From a virus, in the IMG/VR virus record IMGVR_UViG_3300029989_000005: a DNA stretch of 64,000 nt; one strand, 5' to 3'. The notes under the pieces were generated by a model that was not told the DNA's origin, did no database searches, and was given only the letters and a program-made list of their open reading frames with translations. Positions 43,451 to 55,873 of the stretch are shown piece after piece. The position numbers and the translations under genes are program-made. Numbering within the stretch: position 1 is the first letter of the stretch; each line of letters begins with the position of its first letter.

Positions 43451-43835
43451 TTAATATTTCTACCTCTTCCCATTCGGCTTGTTTATATATGGTTACAACC
43501 ATTTGACATATACGTTCTCCATGTTCAACTACAAAGTCTTGATTTGATAAATTAACCAAAATTACACAAACCTCACCACGATAATCGGCATCAATAGTTC
43601 CAGGACTGTTAAGTACCGTAATTCCATGTTTGATTGCCAAGCCGCTTCTTGGTCGTATTTGAGCCTCATATCCCTCAGGTAATTCAATAAATAAACCTGT
43701 TGGTATAAGTTTTCTGTCAAGAGGCTTGAGTAATATAGGGCTTTCTAAATTTGCACGTAAGTCCATGCCCGCAGATAAAATAGTGGCGTATCTAGGTAAT
43801 GAGTTTGTAGATTTGTTGACAATTTTAATATTCAT
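43401..43835 (-). CDS. dut: Trimeric dUTPase
   Basis: [38 protein letters not shown]. Confidence 0.97.
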   Translation of the reverse strand: MNIKIVNKSTNSLPRYATILSAGMDLRANLESPILLKPLDRKLIPTGLFIELPEGYEAQIRPRSGLAIKHGITVLNSPGTIDADYRGEVCVILVNLSNQDFVVEHGERICQMVVTIYKQAEWEEVEILSETVRGDGGFGHTGKK

Positions 43836-43908
43836 AATAATTTTATAATTAATTTAACATTTTTAACTTAAATTAATAAGTATTGTCGTGATCAAAACGT
43901 CTTTTAAT

Positions 43909-43969
43909 CAATGCTTTTTGGAATCGAACCAAACCCGCTGAATCTAAGTGCTACCGAATGTACAGCATC
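43909..43969 (-). pseudogene. tRNA-like remnant
   Basis: Acceptor GATGCTG/AAGCATT and perfect T-arm TTTGG-TTCGATT-CCAAA; D and anticodon arms shortened. Confidence 0.35.
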
Positions 43970-44001
43970 TTTTACAACAATACCTATTAATTTGTTTTAT
44001 T

Positions 44002-44898
44002 TTATATTTCGGGTTGTAAATATTCATCCATCAAGAATTGACCACAAGAAGCACCAACGTCAAGTCCTGGCGGTTTATAATATTCAGAACTTATACCAAT
44101 TTGGTTAAGGTATTCTTGGAACATTTCAAATTTTGCTATCTCTGATGGATGCATTCCCAAAGATGTTTTTTCGTTATAGAACAAAAATTTAACATTAAAG
44201 TCCTTACCTTTAAGCAGATTACACAATATTACAGCATCTTCTACTGAGTCATTTATGCCATCAATTAAAGCATAATGTATTTCAACTTTGTTAGAGGTAT
44301 ATACTCTATAAAATTCACCTGCAGCCAATGTAGATTCTATATTCATTGATTTCGGCATCCATTCTTTCCTAAGTTCGTTATTTGTATAATGCAAAGATAA
44401 GTGTAATTTTACATCAAGTTCATAAGATTTTATAAGCTTTGATAGTCTAAAAAATTCCATTGATGCATAATTTGGTAAAGATGTAGCAATAGCAAAACGA
44501 ACATATAATTTAGGATAATTATCCCTTATTCGTGACATGGACTGAATAACATTCTTAACGTTTAATATAGGCTCACCACACCCCATAAAGCTAACTAAAA
44601 GCGTCTTTGGGTTTTTATCCAACTTCAAATCATTATAAATATATTCAATACCCTCAACCAATTCATCTGCCGAAATTGGTGTAACATTGATTATTCCTAT
44701 ATATTCTTTGGTATGACAAAATTTACATCCAATGTTACACATTGTCTGACACGGAACACAAATAATATTTTTGCCATCTTTTTTGTTTATATAAGAAAAT
44801 TCTAATGTGGCAGAGGTGCTATTTCTTAAAAAAACATATTTTATAGTATCATCATCCTTTGAGAATACCATCTTCCTTAATTTCAGTTTTGTATTCAT
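44002..44898 (-). CDS. RlmN/Cfr-family radical SAM methyltransferase-like
   Basis: CNIGCKFC, SFMGCGEP, LSLH, GINDS, ASCGQ. Confidence 0.8.
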   Translation of the reverse strand: MNTKLKLRKMVFSKDDDTIKYVFLRNSTSATLEFSYINKKDGKNIICVPCQTMCNIGCKFCHTKEYIGIINVTPISADELVEGIEYIYNDLKLDKNPKTLLVSFMGCGEPILNVKNVIQSMSRIRDNYPKLYVRFAIATSLPNYASMEFFRLSKLIKSYELDVKLHLSLHYTNNELRKEWMPKSMNIESTLAAGEFYRVYTSNKVEIHYALIDGINDSVEDAVILCNLLKGKDFNVKFLFYNEKTSLGMHPSEIAKFEMFQEYLNQIGISSEYYKPPGLDVGASCGQFLMDEYLQPEI

Positions 44899-44901
44899 GT
44901 T

Positions 44902-46195
44902 TTAGTATTTTTTATATGGAATTGATTTCAACACATCTGATGAAAATTTTTTAAGTTTTGTTTTCCTTGGATTTTCCTTGGAAAATTTCTCTATGGCATC
45001 AATCATCATTGCTGCCTCTATAGCCTCAAGCATGATAAACACTTTATCTGTCTTGTTATTTGTTTCTTCAAAAACTTGCATATAATTTTACATTTTAAGT
45101 TATGGCATTAATCTGCTTAATAATGTTAACGCATGATTTATAAATTGCCTCCATTTTAGAATTTTCTTTGTATTCACAGCATATGTAACCACAAGTAGTT
45201 ATTTTACAATAGCATCCAATTATGTGAAACACATATCCCATTGATTCAATTTTTTCTACAACAGGCATTAACCAACTAAAATCATAATTCCATCTACCAA
45301 AATTAGCATAAGAATACTCATGATCAAACGGATATATAGTATTTATCGGACATCTAAACATATTAAAATGCATAGTTCCAATAGGATATCCACCTACAGT
45401 ATTGCTATCAATAGAGCCATCAGGGTTCTTATTACATGCAAATACGCATATCAATTTATTACCTTCTAAAATTTCTTCATTATTATCCATACAATATTAG
45501 TTTAATTCAATTGTTCCTCTTGGAAAGAAATGCATTAATGGTAATATCTGCTCCTTTGTGTATGTTGTAGCAAATTCACCGTTGAATAATTCAAAAGCTA
45601 TTTCTCTCATTCTCTCATAGGATTCTGCTTTTATTACACCAACACAATCCTTATCCAATATTATTGAGCCATGAGTATGGCTATGATGTTGACCGAAAGT
45701 TATATAAAATGGTTCTATTTTTGGGACACCATGTATTATTCCATCAATTATATCGTATTGCCTTACATCTTTCATCATTTCCTCGAAATTTTTATATTTT
45801 TTGCTCCATTTAACAGAGCCAAAAATAAGTTTTTCCAATTCACAACTTTCATCATCTATATTAAACCAAAAAGCAAATTCTCTGCTATCGTTATTATCTA
45901 AACATATATTAACAAGTGCTAAATCATACCCGTACATTTGTTTTATTATACCTATATTTTCAACAGGAATATCCTTATCAAGAGTACAGCCATTAACTTT
46001 AATGTTGGTATGATTTTTGTATGAATCACAAATTGTTGTACCACCACGAAAATAGATACCATACATTGCCAAATAGTCTGCTAGCAGTGTATATAAAGAA
46101 TAGTTTTTACCATCAGACTTATTAAGATTTGTAAGATGAAAATCTCTATTACTTAATAAAGATTCATCGAATACTTTAAATTCCCTTTTTGCCAT
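44902..46195 (-). other. Three hypothetical CDS
   Basis: Untracked 59-aa ORF at 44902-45081, plus 45095-45490 and 45497-46195. Confidence 0.55.
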
Positions 46196-46199
46196 AATA

Positions 46200-48074
46200 T
46201 TATATTTTTAATCTTTGTTGAATCATTATTACTGCTTTTTTATCATCTTGTGTTATTGGTCGTTTCCAAATGTTCTTATATTTCCACCAATCTATTGCCT
46301 CGTTTACTGATTGCTCCATCACTGATTCAGGCATTGTAGGGTGCTTCCTCAAAATCATACCCTTAAGCATTAATTTAAAATCGTTTTCTTTAATTTGTTC
46401 TGCAATTAAATGCTTCTTTATATTTCTGAGTATTGGAAGCATGCTTATGTAATTTTTTCTTTCAAGCCTTGAATTCAGATAATATTCTATATCATCAACG
46501 CATATCCTATCATAATTCAAATATACGCTTCTCTCTAGGCTTATTGCCCATGTTACCCTTATTTTTCTTTCCGATTCCTTATAATACCAAAATGATTGCC
46601 TATCAGGCATATACCTTATAACAGGCACTTTTATATCTTTTCTTTTTTTTAATTCGCTATCATAAACATCTGTTTTCATTTCTTCAATTGTGTATAACCC
46701 ATCTTGTGGAAATGCAGGGCAGCTCCATTTGTTAGCATAATATGGAACAAATCCTTCTTGTATTCTATTATAATTCTTATAATTATGATTTTCATTATCG
46801 TTATAAGAATTTCCGCCGTATGTTGGTGAAAGAATAATTCTACTTCCACGACCAACATTAAAATTTATTTCTTTTACCCAATTAGCATATGACAATCTAC
46901 CATCTGTAAGTGCACCTTCGGCATCGTATATAAGCCTCAACCCCCCGTTTTCTATATCTGTAACTTTAATACCCGATTGTATTGGTAAAAATATTTCGGT
47001 TCTATCAAGCAGCCCCTGAACAAACAAAAACATTTTCATATATTTGTCATTAAACATTTCCTGTTCGTGCTCAGAGGAATCATTCATTAATTTTTCTAGT
47101 TCCGCTTTCTTTGGAAACATTGTTTCTCCTATACCAATATTAGGAGAGCAAATTCGGTATATATTATCACCGTTCCTTATTAGGAAATATGTTTGATGAT
47201 TCCAAACATTAATCATTGCATTTTCCATTGCATTTGTGGTGTATTCTTTATCTTTTCGCCTTGGCTTTAATGCTACAATACCCCTTACCTCAGGAAGTAT
47301 GTCCTTGTATCTATTATTTTCAATGAGCCATTCATCAAATTTATCAAGTTGATTATAATCTATACCACCATCATCACAATTGCCAACTTCTTCATCCGCA
47401 AATATAACAAGTTGTCTAAGTGCCAATGGTTCATCCTTACCCGCAGGTTCACCACTAGTCAATTGATAAAGTTCTTCCTCAATTCCCATATAAAGTTCAA
47501 TCATTCCTATAACCTTCATGATCTTTTGCATTTCTTTTGCAAATATGGCTATTTGTGTCTCCATCTTTCGTTTTATTTTGTCTAAAGATGATTTTTGATG
47601 ATTTATTAGAAGCAATGACATATTTCTTAAAATTTCAAGTTGGCGTTGTTGAATTTCAATACCGTTATACATGGTTTCAAGAACTACTTTACTTGTTTTG
47701 TGTACAAGTCCGTATTCATTTTCCGTTTGCTCTTTCTTGATTTCAAAAGGTTTTCCGTTATATAAGTATTCTTGAGCTTTTCTCTTGTATTCCTCGAAAT
47801 CAGGAATATATCTGTGCGAGTATTCTTTTATAAACGTTGCTATATTTTTTGTTGTCCAATGATGTATTGGTTCAAGAGTATCAATATCAACCGTATATAT
47901 TTCGACATTTGTAGAACCATCTTTTTCAAATATATTGCTTATAGTTACTAATGTATCTCCTCCACTATCTATAAATAAGTCACCTATTTTGATATTATCT
48001 TTGGTTAATATCAGTTTGCTGTATTCCTCACTCTTTAAGATTTCCTTTGAATCATTTTTCTGTACAGAGTCCAT
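46200..48074 (-). CDS. Large hypothetical protein with coiled coil (624 aa)
   Basis: Long ORF; IELYMG..GEPA..LRQLVIFADEE. Confidence 0.65.
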   Translation of the reverse strand: MDSVQKNDSKEILKSEEYSKLILTKDNIKIGDLFIDSGGDTLVTISNIFEKDGSTNVEIYTVDIDTLEPIHHWTTKNIATFIKEYSHRYIPDFEEYKRKAQEYLYNGKPFEIKKEQTENEYGLVHKTSKVVLETMYNGIEIQQRQLEILRNMSLLLINHQKSSLDKIKRKMETQIAIFAKEMQKIMKVIGMIELYMGIEEELYQLTSGEPAGKDEPLALRQLVIFADEEVGNCDDGGIDYNQLDKFDEWLIENNRYKDILPEVRGIVALKPRRKDKEYTTNAMENAMINVWNHQTYFLIRNGDNIYRICSPNIGIGETMFPKKAELEKLMNDSSEHEQEMFNDKYMKMFLFVQGLLDRTEIFLPIQSGIKVTDIENGGLRLIYDAEGALTDGRLSYANWVKEINFNVGRGSRIILSPTYGGNSYNDNENHNYKNYNRIQEGFVPYYANKWSCPAFPQDGLYTIEEMKTDVYDSELKKRKDIKVPVIRYMPDRQSFWYYKESERKIRVTWAISLERSVYLNYDRICVDDIEYYLNSRLERKNYISMLPILRNIKKHLIAEQIKENDFKLMLKGMILRKHPTMPESVMEQSVNEAIDWWKYKNIWKRPITQDDKKAVIMIQQRLKI

Positions 48075-48085
48075 AATACTTATTT

Positions 48086-49204
48086 TTAAATTGCAACATT
48101 AAATTTTTTACGAAGATTCATTTTGGTTATCAAATCCTTTGCAATTATATTAAATTGATTAATATTATCTGTTAAAACAAAATCTGTTAAAACATTCATA
48201 CTGTACTTATCCTTATTGATTTTTAGTACTAATATTCCGTTTGCATCAAATTTTACCTCTTGAATGAAAGCCTGATAATGCCCTAATTTGTTTTGTAATT
48301 GTAAGTTACAAATTATTAGTTCCAATGCCTTTAAAGAGTTTTCAAAAGTATTGGAAACACTATGAAATTTTTCATTTATAGAACTATAAACTTCGATAGT
48401 GTAAATTGATGATTTTTTCATAATTTCTATTTTTAGATCATTTTTAAATTATTATCAGCACTTTTTAATATTGAGGTTTATAATGTTCACAACGATTACA
48501 TTGTTTAGTATAGTGTCCATCTATATTAATGTATGGACAATTTAAATTGTTATAATGACAGGTGAAATGTTCTATTTGTTCTTTATCTGTGGGCATGAAA
48601 GATTTAAAATCTTGTAAAGTAATAGTTTTCTTTACTATACCCATAAGTTCACACGGCTTGTATTGATTTCCATTTTCCTCAACCATAATCAGCCATTCAT
48701 AACCATGAATAGTGCCATTATCATATTTGATATCCTTGATTGTCTGAATCCCAAATGGTGTTAGTATCCTTTGACCAACTTTATAAAGATAACGTTTCTT
48801 CATATCACAGAGATCATCCCAACTTATTAAATGAGTTTCAGGATTTTTACAAATAATTACAAGATTTTTACTTTCATTAACTGAAATATAAAAATCTCTA
48901 CCGAAAGTATTATCACTCATTTCTTTCATAGTTTATTTTGCATTAATATTAATTATTCATCATATTCAGATTGTATTTTATCAGTAATTCTGTCATATTC
49001 TTCCTTTAAAATCAAATCATTATTAAGCAACCATTTATAAAAATTGATTCCATTAGGGTGCTGATTTAGTCCATCAATAATTTGAAATTCACTGAAATAC
49101 AACCTTTGTAAGATGAATTCCACAGCAATATTATTGTCAACTAATTTTATTTTTACTTCTGACATAATTTTATATCTTAATTTATGATCAAGCTCTGTAA
49201 TCAC
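48086..49204 (-). other. Three hypothetical CDS
   Basis: ORF track. Confidence 0.55.
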
Positions 49205-49838
49205 GATTTTCTTTTTGCATCCATTTTTGCATCCAAGAATTCATCCAACATTTAGGATTGCTTTTATTTTTATTATATTTCCACCTGTTATGAAGCATAC
49301 TTATCTGAGGTAAATTTACCTCAAAATCAGCTATTGCCCAAATATCGAAATAAATTGTGTCGAAAATTTCGTCTTTTAATGGCTTATATTCCAAAATATC
49401 GGCACAAATATAGGTTATTGGCATATCAGCATAAATTGGTGAAACAAGGTCTATTACATCTTGATATTTTTCTATAATAACAATCTCTGTTACTACACCG
49501 CTTTTAACCTTGTCTTTAATGTTTTGTAATATCAAACCAATACCAAGACCAGCTACCATAACTCTACCATTAGCATTATTACAAAAATCGGTATTTGTAA
49601 CCATTTCCATTTTTGTATCTGTCATCATAAGCTCACCGTCAACATTAAGTCTAATGTACTTACCATCATTCATATAGTTCAACCCACCATCTCTTATTGC
49701 TCTCAAGTTAAATAATGGGTTTTTCTTGTTTGAAAATTCAAAAGTTGATAACCTAGCCAAACCAAGCTTCTTTACCTCACCGACTTTCATATTAAAGTTA
49801 TCAAAAACTCCTTCCATATTTATTATTTGTTTTTCCAT
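49188..49838 (-). CDS. Class I SAM-dependent methyltransferase (spermidine-synthase-like)
   Basis: MMTDT..E, VMVAGLGIG, IIEK, DTIYFDIW; start reassigned to MEKQ. Confidence 0.75.
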   Translation of the reverse strand: MEKQIINMEGVFDNFNMKVGEVKKLGLARLSTFEFSNKKNPLFNLRAIRDGGLNYMNDGKYIRLNVDGELMMTDTKMEMVTNTDFCNNANGRVMVAGLGIGLILQNIKDKVKSGVVTEIVIIEKYQDVIDLVSPIYADMPITYICADILEYKPLKDEIFDTIYFDIWAIADFEVNLPQISMLHNRWKYNKNKSNPKCWMNSWMQKWMQKENRDYRA

Positions 49839-49902
49839 TATTCTCTTTGTTTTTCTATTTTTATAAAAACTGTTAATTCCATTAAATATAGTGAAAGGCA
49901 AG

Positions 49903-49937
49903 AAAAATGCCTCTCCTGTATCAGGAGAGGCATTTTT
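49903..49937. terminator. Intrinsic terminator
   Basis: aaaaatgcctctcctg/caggagaggcattttt. Confidence 0.75.
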
Positions 49938-49942
49938 AAAAT

Positions 49943-52900
49943 TTACATGTTTTCTCTTAATGCCTGTAATTTGGAAAGATTGCTTTCATCAAGACCGAAA
50001 ATTGTTCTATCGGGTGATGTAAGCTTGTTTTTCCTTTGTCTTTCATTATATTCGCTTGGGGTTTCCTTATCAATGCCAAGTATTTCTTCAACAGATGGTG
50101 GTTTTACCTCAAATTTTAATAGTCTTGTGGTATCTTCCAACAAATAATATTTTAATGCTATAAATCCTGCGGTTGAAATCTTTTTATCGGATTTGAGTGA
50201 GAAATAGCCTATTCTTTGAGCTTTATATTCCTCAGGCATTTCCTCAAAATTTTTATTTCTTTTATCAATTTCCTTTTGTGAAAGTTTACCAAGTGCTTTT
50301 TTAGCCACAAACACAACACTTGTAGCCTCAACCAATTTTTGTGATAGTGGTATTAAACCTACGATTTTTTTGTTAGTAATACAACAAACAGAGCCATCAT
50401 CAACAACTTTACACATATGGTTGAAGCTATAAGGATTGAATACCCTTGCTAAATGGTTAAGGAAATTAAGACCTTTTTCAGTCTTTTCAATTTCCTTAAT
50501 AAGATTAAAAGCCCTGTTGACATCATCTGGTTCAGGGTCACCAAATTCAGTTTTAAGTTTTGAGTAAATAACAGCCAATTTGGGTAAGTCCAAGTTTTTC
50601 TTCTTAATTTCAAGTTTTGGTCTTGATAACATTAATGCTGAACGCCTTGGTCTATATAGTTCTAATTTCATGGCATTATCCAAAGTTTTTATTGCTTCCT
50701 CTTTTTGTTCTTTGGAAAGTCCTGTTAAATTCAAAACCCTAACTGATTTTGAGGGTTTTTCAAACTTGGAAAGATCAATTGAACCTACAACCTTAATCTG
50801 TTTGTTGTTTGGATGTGATTCAATTTCTTCCTGTGTCATAGGAACAATTTTATACATGAAATTGTTAGGTTGTAATACAACAAAATCATTACATTCCTGA
50901 TTTGTACCATCGAAACAGTCTTGACCTTCTTCAACTGTATAAACTAAATCTAATACTTTATGAGTTTTCATTTTTATATATTTTTAAAAGCTAAAACAAA
51001 CATTTCTAATTTCTTCGATTCTTTCATCAACCCACTCTTGAAGCTTTTCTTGCTTTTTATCATTTACATTTTCTTCGGGTAGTTCTTTTTCCCAACCATC
51101 TACACCTGTATTGATATCCAAATCATTAGCAACATCTGTATTAATATCATCAATGTCTTCATCATATTCTACATCAATATCGTCAAATTGTGATATTATT
51201 TCATCCATTTCATCAATACGTTCTTGCATAAGTTCACCTGTTGGTGAGGACTGTAAAGAATCAGGTATACCATCCAATTTGTCTTGGGTTTCATCACGGA
51301 GAGTTTCGGCATTGGATTTGATATTTTCAATAAATTCAGATAATTCCTCAGCATTAGTTATAGTTATAACCGAAATGTCCTCAATTTGCTCTTGCATGGA
51401 ATAATAACATGACATGAATTCACTTTGTGTAAGTTGTGATTGTCTTGGTTGTGTTTTACTTATATTTTTACCACCATGTAAAAACTGCCACCAATAATAA
51501 GATTCACCCTTTTTGATTAAAACTGTGTCAGTTTCGTCATATGGTTGTGTGCGGTCAATTTTAGAAAGTATTTGCCCCTCTCTTTTACCTTTTAATGATG
51601 TATATTCAACCCTTTTTCCCCTTGAGTAAATATTACTCTGTGCTGTTTTTACTAAATTTGCTTTTGCCATGATTATAATTGTTAAATTAAATTTTTGATA
51701 TTAAGTAATCAATTTGTGTTTCAGATAATTTTAGTTCCAATATGCGTTTACGTTTTAAAACCATATCCAACCCTATTTCCTCTATTACCATGATTTCAAG
51801 ACCATCATCCTTTAATTCTTCCGCTTTAACTAGCAGAAAATCCATCCAACCCATTTTTTCTGCCAATATTTGCTTTTCTTTTTCTGCAATTTCATCTTTA
51901 TGGATTAATTCCAATGATAAAATTGAAGATTCCAAGGTTTTTATTTCGTGTTTCAAAAATGTTTCCTTAGCTTCAAACGGAAGCCCATTTTCTATAGCCA
52001 CATCGTTATTGATATTGTTAATCATCAAATCAAGACTTTTACCGAAATACTGTGAAAAATAACTATCAGAGTTGCATAGTTTGGTTAGTAATTTTATTTC
52101 TTCGTCTTTTGTCATAATAATGAATTGTTATTGTTAAATTAGTTTGTATTTTATAATTGGATATTTTATAATTAATCTATGTGGCTGATTTTAACGTCGA
52201 ATTTTTTCTTTCCAAAAACGTTAAACCAAAAATTAAGTAAGTTTAATCCATTTGAACCACCACCAAAAGATTCATAAGATAAATTAGTAGTGACCCATAC
52301 CATAACATAATCCTTGTCAAGCAGGTTTGGAGTTGCATTTGTGGCTAGATCACTTAATTTACCAATACTTACAGAGGTATTAAAATTTGTGATACGTAGT
52401 TTTTTGAATATTACGGGTGTGGTTTGGAAATAAGCTGTGGAAAGCTCAATGTGATGAGAACCCATTATGTCAACAGTTTCTTCAATTTTTAGTATAGGTG
52501 CTGTAAAACCCCTTTTTAATAATTCTTCTTGAATGATTTCCCTAATTTCAAGCAAATTTGATAACGATAAGTAATTTTCTGCTGAGTTCATAATTTGTAT
52601 TTTTTAAATTATTTTTATATTTAACGATTTTTCTATCAATTTTACTATTTCATGCTTCTGTGCTGCTTTACATTTAGAATACCAACAAACACAATAGAGG
52701 TTTCCACAGTCTGTATAACCTTTCATAGGCTTGAAAATGTAAAGACCCAAGCTACTATCACCATTTTTAGTATTTTCACCAAAAATGATTCTGTCTGCGT
52801 TGTAATTATTATCATTTTCAATTTTAATTCCTTGATTGGGTTTGAATCCAAAGCTAATTAGTTTAGCATTCAATTCAGAGGCTGTTAATGCTCTAGCTGT

Positions 52901-53029
52901 TGCCATAATTTCTATTTATTAAATTATTTCCTGAATTACACGCAACCAATAAAACGATAAGCATCCAATTACAAATAAAACGCCAATAATTTTATAAAGA
53001 TTTTCTGCTGAGAGGATTTCTGTTTTCAT
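49943..53029 (-). other. Putative early gene cluster (six hypothetical CDS)
   Basis: ORFs 49943, 50984, 51687, 52172, 52604 and a small TM ORF starting at about 53029, downstream of the -24/-12 promoter. Confidence 0.55.
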
Positions 53030-53062
53030 AATTTCTATTTTTTAAATTATTTCCAAAATTAT

Positions 53063-53224
53063 TACAAAAATCATGCCAAATTTGTTATTATATATGTCAA
53101 TTCATAAAACCTTAACAAACCTTAACACAAAAAGCATAATTTTAACATTTTTTAACTGACAGGTGACATGTTTGTCATGTCACCTGTCAGTTAATATGTA
53201 TGTCAGTTCGCCATGTATGTCAGT
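53063..53224 (-). promoter_or_regulatory. Sigma54-type promoter with upstream TGACA boxes, copy 1
   Basis: TTGGCATGATTTTTGTA at 53079-53063; TTAACA repeats; 19-bp palindrome 53152-53194; TATGTCAGT boxes. Confidence 0.65.
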
Positions 53225-53520
53225 CAAATTTTTAACTTTTCCATTATTACTGAAATCGATTTTCCATTATAAAGTTCCAATACATTATTTTCAATTGCAT
53301 AGTACATTGGTGATTTATTAGTAAACCAAAATTGCCCGTATTTTTCCTTTAATTGTTTCTTTAAATAATTTGTTTCTTTAAATTTTTTCTTTGATTCCAA
53401 AGCATCTATCTGTACATCAGTAGGTTTTATATCATTTAAAAAATCTTCATGCTCTATGAGATTTTTTATTTGTGACATACCGTTTTGGTATGTCACTTTA
53501 TATGTCGATATTATTTTCAT
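53224..53520 (-). CDS. Hypothetical protein
   Basis: Coupled to the sigma gene. Confidence 0.55.
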   Translation of the reverse strand: MKIISTYKVTYQNGMSQIKNLIEHEDFLNDIKPTDVQIDALESKKKFKETNYLKKQLKEKYGQFWFTNKSPMYYAIENNVLELYNGKSISVIMEKLKI

Positions 53521-55013
53521 TAATAAATTGATTTTGAGAAATCTATTATTTGATTACCAAATCCGTTGATATGTCCTTTTTCCTCTACTTGCCCGAATTC
53601 ATCATAAATGATATATGAGTAACAGTTATCATCGCCATAAATTTTGATTTCCTCGATTTTACCCGATTCATCATAATTAAACCATTTGCCTATTTTCTCA
53701 CCATTATCAAATTGTCCTTTTTGCTTTACTTTTTTGTTTTCGTAATATGTAATAAAATCACCTACCAATTTCCCGTTTTCCCAATGTTTTTTCTTTTTGA
53801 TATTGCCATTTTCAAAGTATAGAATATTTTCACCATGTCTTTGCTTGTTATTAATTTCACAGCTTTCTTTAAGACATCCGTATGTATTTGGATAATAAAA
53901 TCTGACAGTACCATTATCTGCTTCCCTGTTGGTTATCTTTTCTGTTTCTATCTCGTTGGCTATTACGGAAACGACAAACCTATTAGCCCTTGACACTATT
54001 GACTTAACAGCACCCGATGTATTAAAACCATATTTCTTGAATAATTGGTTGTGTGTTAGATCATTGAAAAAGAAGTCAATCAATATATCAGGGTTTTTGG
54101 ATAACTCGTATAATTCCTTTGCCCTTTTGAGTTTCTTTTTTGGTATTAGGTCTATTTCTTCATGTTTGAAATCTTCCTCTGATTTCATACTGAATTCAGT
54201 TAAATTGGTATTATAGATTTCATAGATTTCATCAACCTCGCTTTTAACCTCAGCTATTATGTCTGTAAAATCACCTTCAGATATTGTCTTGTTTGACGAA
54301 TTGGAAATGATTTTAGAAATATTGATAACTTTACCACAATTAACTTTGTTATATTCCATCATTGCTGTATGTCTTATAGCCATAAGAACATAACCCGCTA
54401 TTGGCTCTTTAGGTTTAAACCAACCGTTTGGATTTATTTCATTATTTTGGAGGGTTGTATCACAAGATGTTAATTTTTGGAGTTCTAATGCGTAAATTTC
54501 ATCTTGTGATTTATTGGCGTATTCTAATTCTTCAAAATGAAAATTAATTAATTTATCCTCTAAAATTGATATTTTGGTTTTCAATAATAATATAGATGAC
54601 TTTAAAATTGCGGCATCAACATCATCATATGTTTTTGATAGTTTTTCTATTTTGGTTTTCAGACTCTTTTTTAAATCATAAAGATCAGCATTGCCGTATT
54701 TTTTCCTATTTCTGAAAGCGTCAAATTGGTTACATACAATTATGTCAGCCATATCTCTGTCTTTGACTACTTGAAAGGCGATGGAATAACACTGCTCATA
54801 AAATTCTTGCCAAAATTTAGACCAAACGAAATTATGTTTAGTTCCTGTTAAAAACAATCTACCAAAAACCTGCGTATCAATCCATTGTTGAAGTGTGAAT
54901 TTCTTTTTGTACGTATCAGACAAGTTATAGTAATTTTTAGTTTCGAAATCAATAGCTACTTTTAATCTAATATCTAAGATTTTATTACCTGTTTTATATT
55001 CCATAATCCCCAT
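53520..55013 (-). CDS. ECF-like sigma factor fused to C-terminal MORN-variant repeats
   Basis: Region 2 (YEQCYSIAFQVVKDRDMADIIV; GYVLMAIRHTAM), region 4 HTH (LTHNQLFKKYGFNTSGAVKSIVSRA), repeats YFENG..G..YYEN..GKWFNYDESG. Confidence 0.65.
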   Translation of the reverse strand: MGIMEYKTGNKILDIRLKVAIDFETKNYYNLSDTYKKKFTLQQWIDTQVFGRLFLTGTKHNFVWSKFWQEFYEQCYSIAFQVVKDRDMADIIVCNQFDAFRNRKKYGNADLYDLKKSLKTKIEKLSKTYDDVDAAILKSSILLLKTKISILEDKLINFHFEELEYANKSQDEIYALELQKLTSCDTTLQNNEINPNGWFKPKEPIAGYVLMAIRHTAMMEYNKVNCGKVINISKIISNSSNKTISEGDFTDIIAEVKSEVDEIYEIYNTNLTEFSMKSEEDFKHEEIDLIPKKKLKRAKELYELSKNPDILIDFFFNDLTHNQLFKKYGFNTSGAVKSIVSRANRFVVSVIANEIETEKITNREADNGTVRFYYPNTYGCLKESCEINNKQRHGENILYFENGNIKKKKHWENGKLVGDFITYYENKKVKQKGQFDNGEKIGKWFNYDESGKIEEIKIYGDDNCYSYIIYDEFGQVEEKGHINGFGNQIIDFSKSIY

Positions 55014-55045
55014 TTTTCAAATTATACTTATGTTAAATTAAATTT

Positions 55046-55833
55046 TTATTTAGAACACCTTGGTAAGAAATTATTTTCTAGCATACCATTTTCTCTGTTA
55101 ATATTGTTTCTAATACCAAAGAAATCATGATAAAAATCAGAATCATTTGATTCCAAAAGTTGTTTGAAATCAATAGGGTTTCCGTGAGTATGACATTTGT
55201 CAAAATCCATTAGTGATGAACCACGGTTTATAGGTTCATTTAAATGTACAAACCTAACAAGTTCTATTGCTCTGCTAATAATTTTAGTTATTAGTTCATA
55301 ATCATTTTTAGTTGTCTTTACGCAATCAGTGATTTCTACCATAGTTCCTATATTTTTAAATTAGTTTATAATTAGTGTTTACTACAATTTTGTATTGCAA
55401 GTTTATAAATTTCTTTTATTGTGAGTATTTTTTGAGCAACAGGAAATTTATCCATTCCTATTCTTCTTATAAGATTCCAATAACCATTTTCTTTGTTAGC
55501 GTTGAATGAGAACCATTCATTATACAATCCCAAAGCTCTGAATTCTATTTTGTTATCGTTTGAAACAGCTTTATTAATTATAATGTTTTTAGCCATAATT
55601 TTATATTATTTTATTGATAAATAATAAAAATTGTTATGATAACGTATTACAATCCCTATTTTTTTAAAGATTGACGTTGATACCCTTAATTCCTGAGGAA
55701 TTGAAATGTATTTGACACCCTTAATAGTTGATGAATCAACCTTTGACACACCAATTTCTTCACTATTTTCGCCTATAAAATTCTTTAAAGATTGAACTTT
55801 TAAAGATTTGGCTTTTGATTCTGCTGCAGTCAT
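55046..55833 (-). other. Three small hypothetical CDS heading the sigma operon
   Basis: ORFs 55046, 55372 and 55606. Confidence 0.55.
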
Positions 55834-55873
55834 AATTTCTATTTTTTAAATTATTGATTATTTCCTCTTTTAC

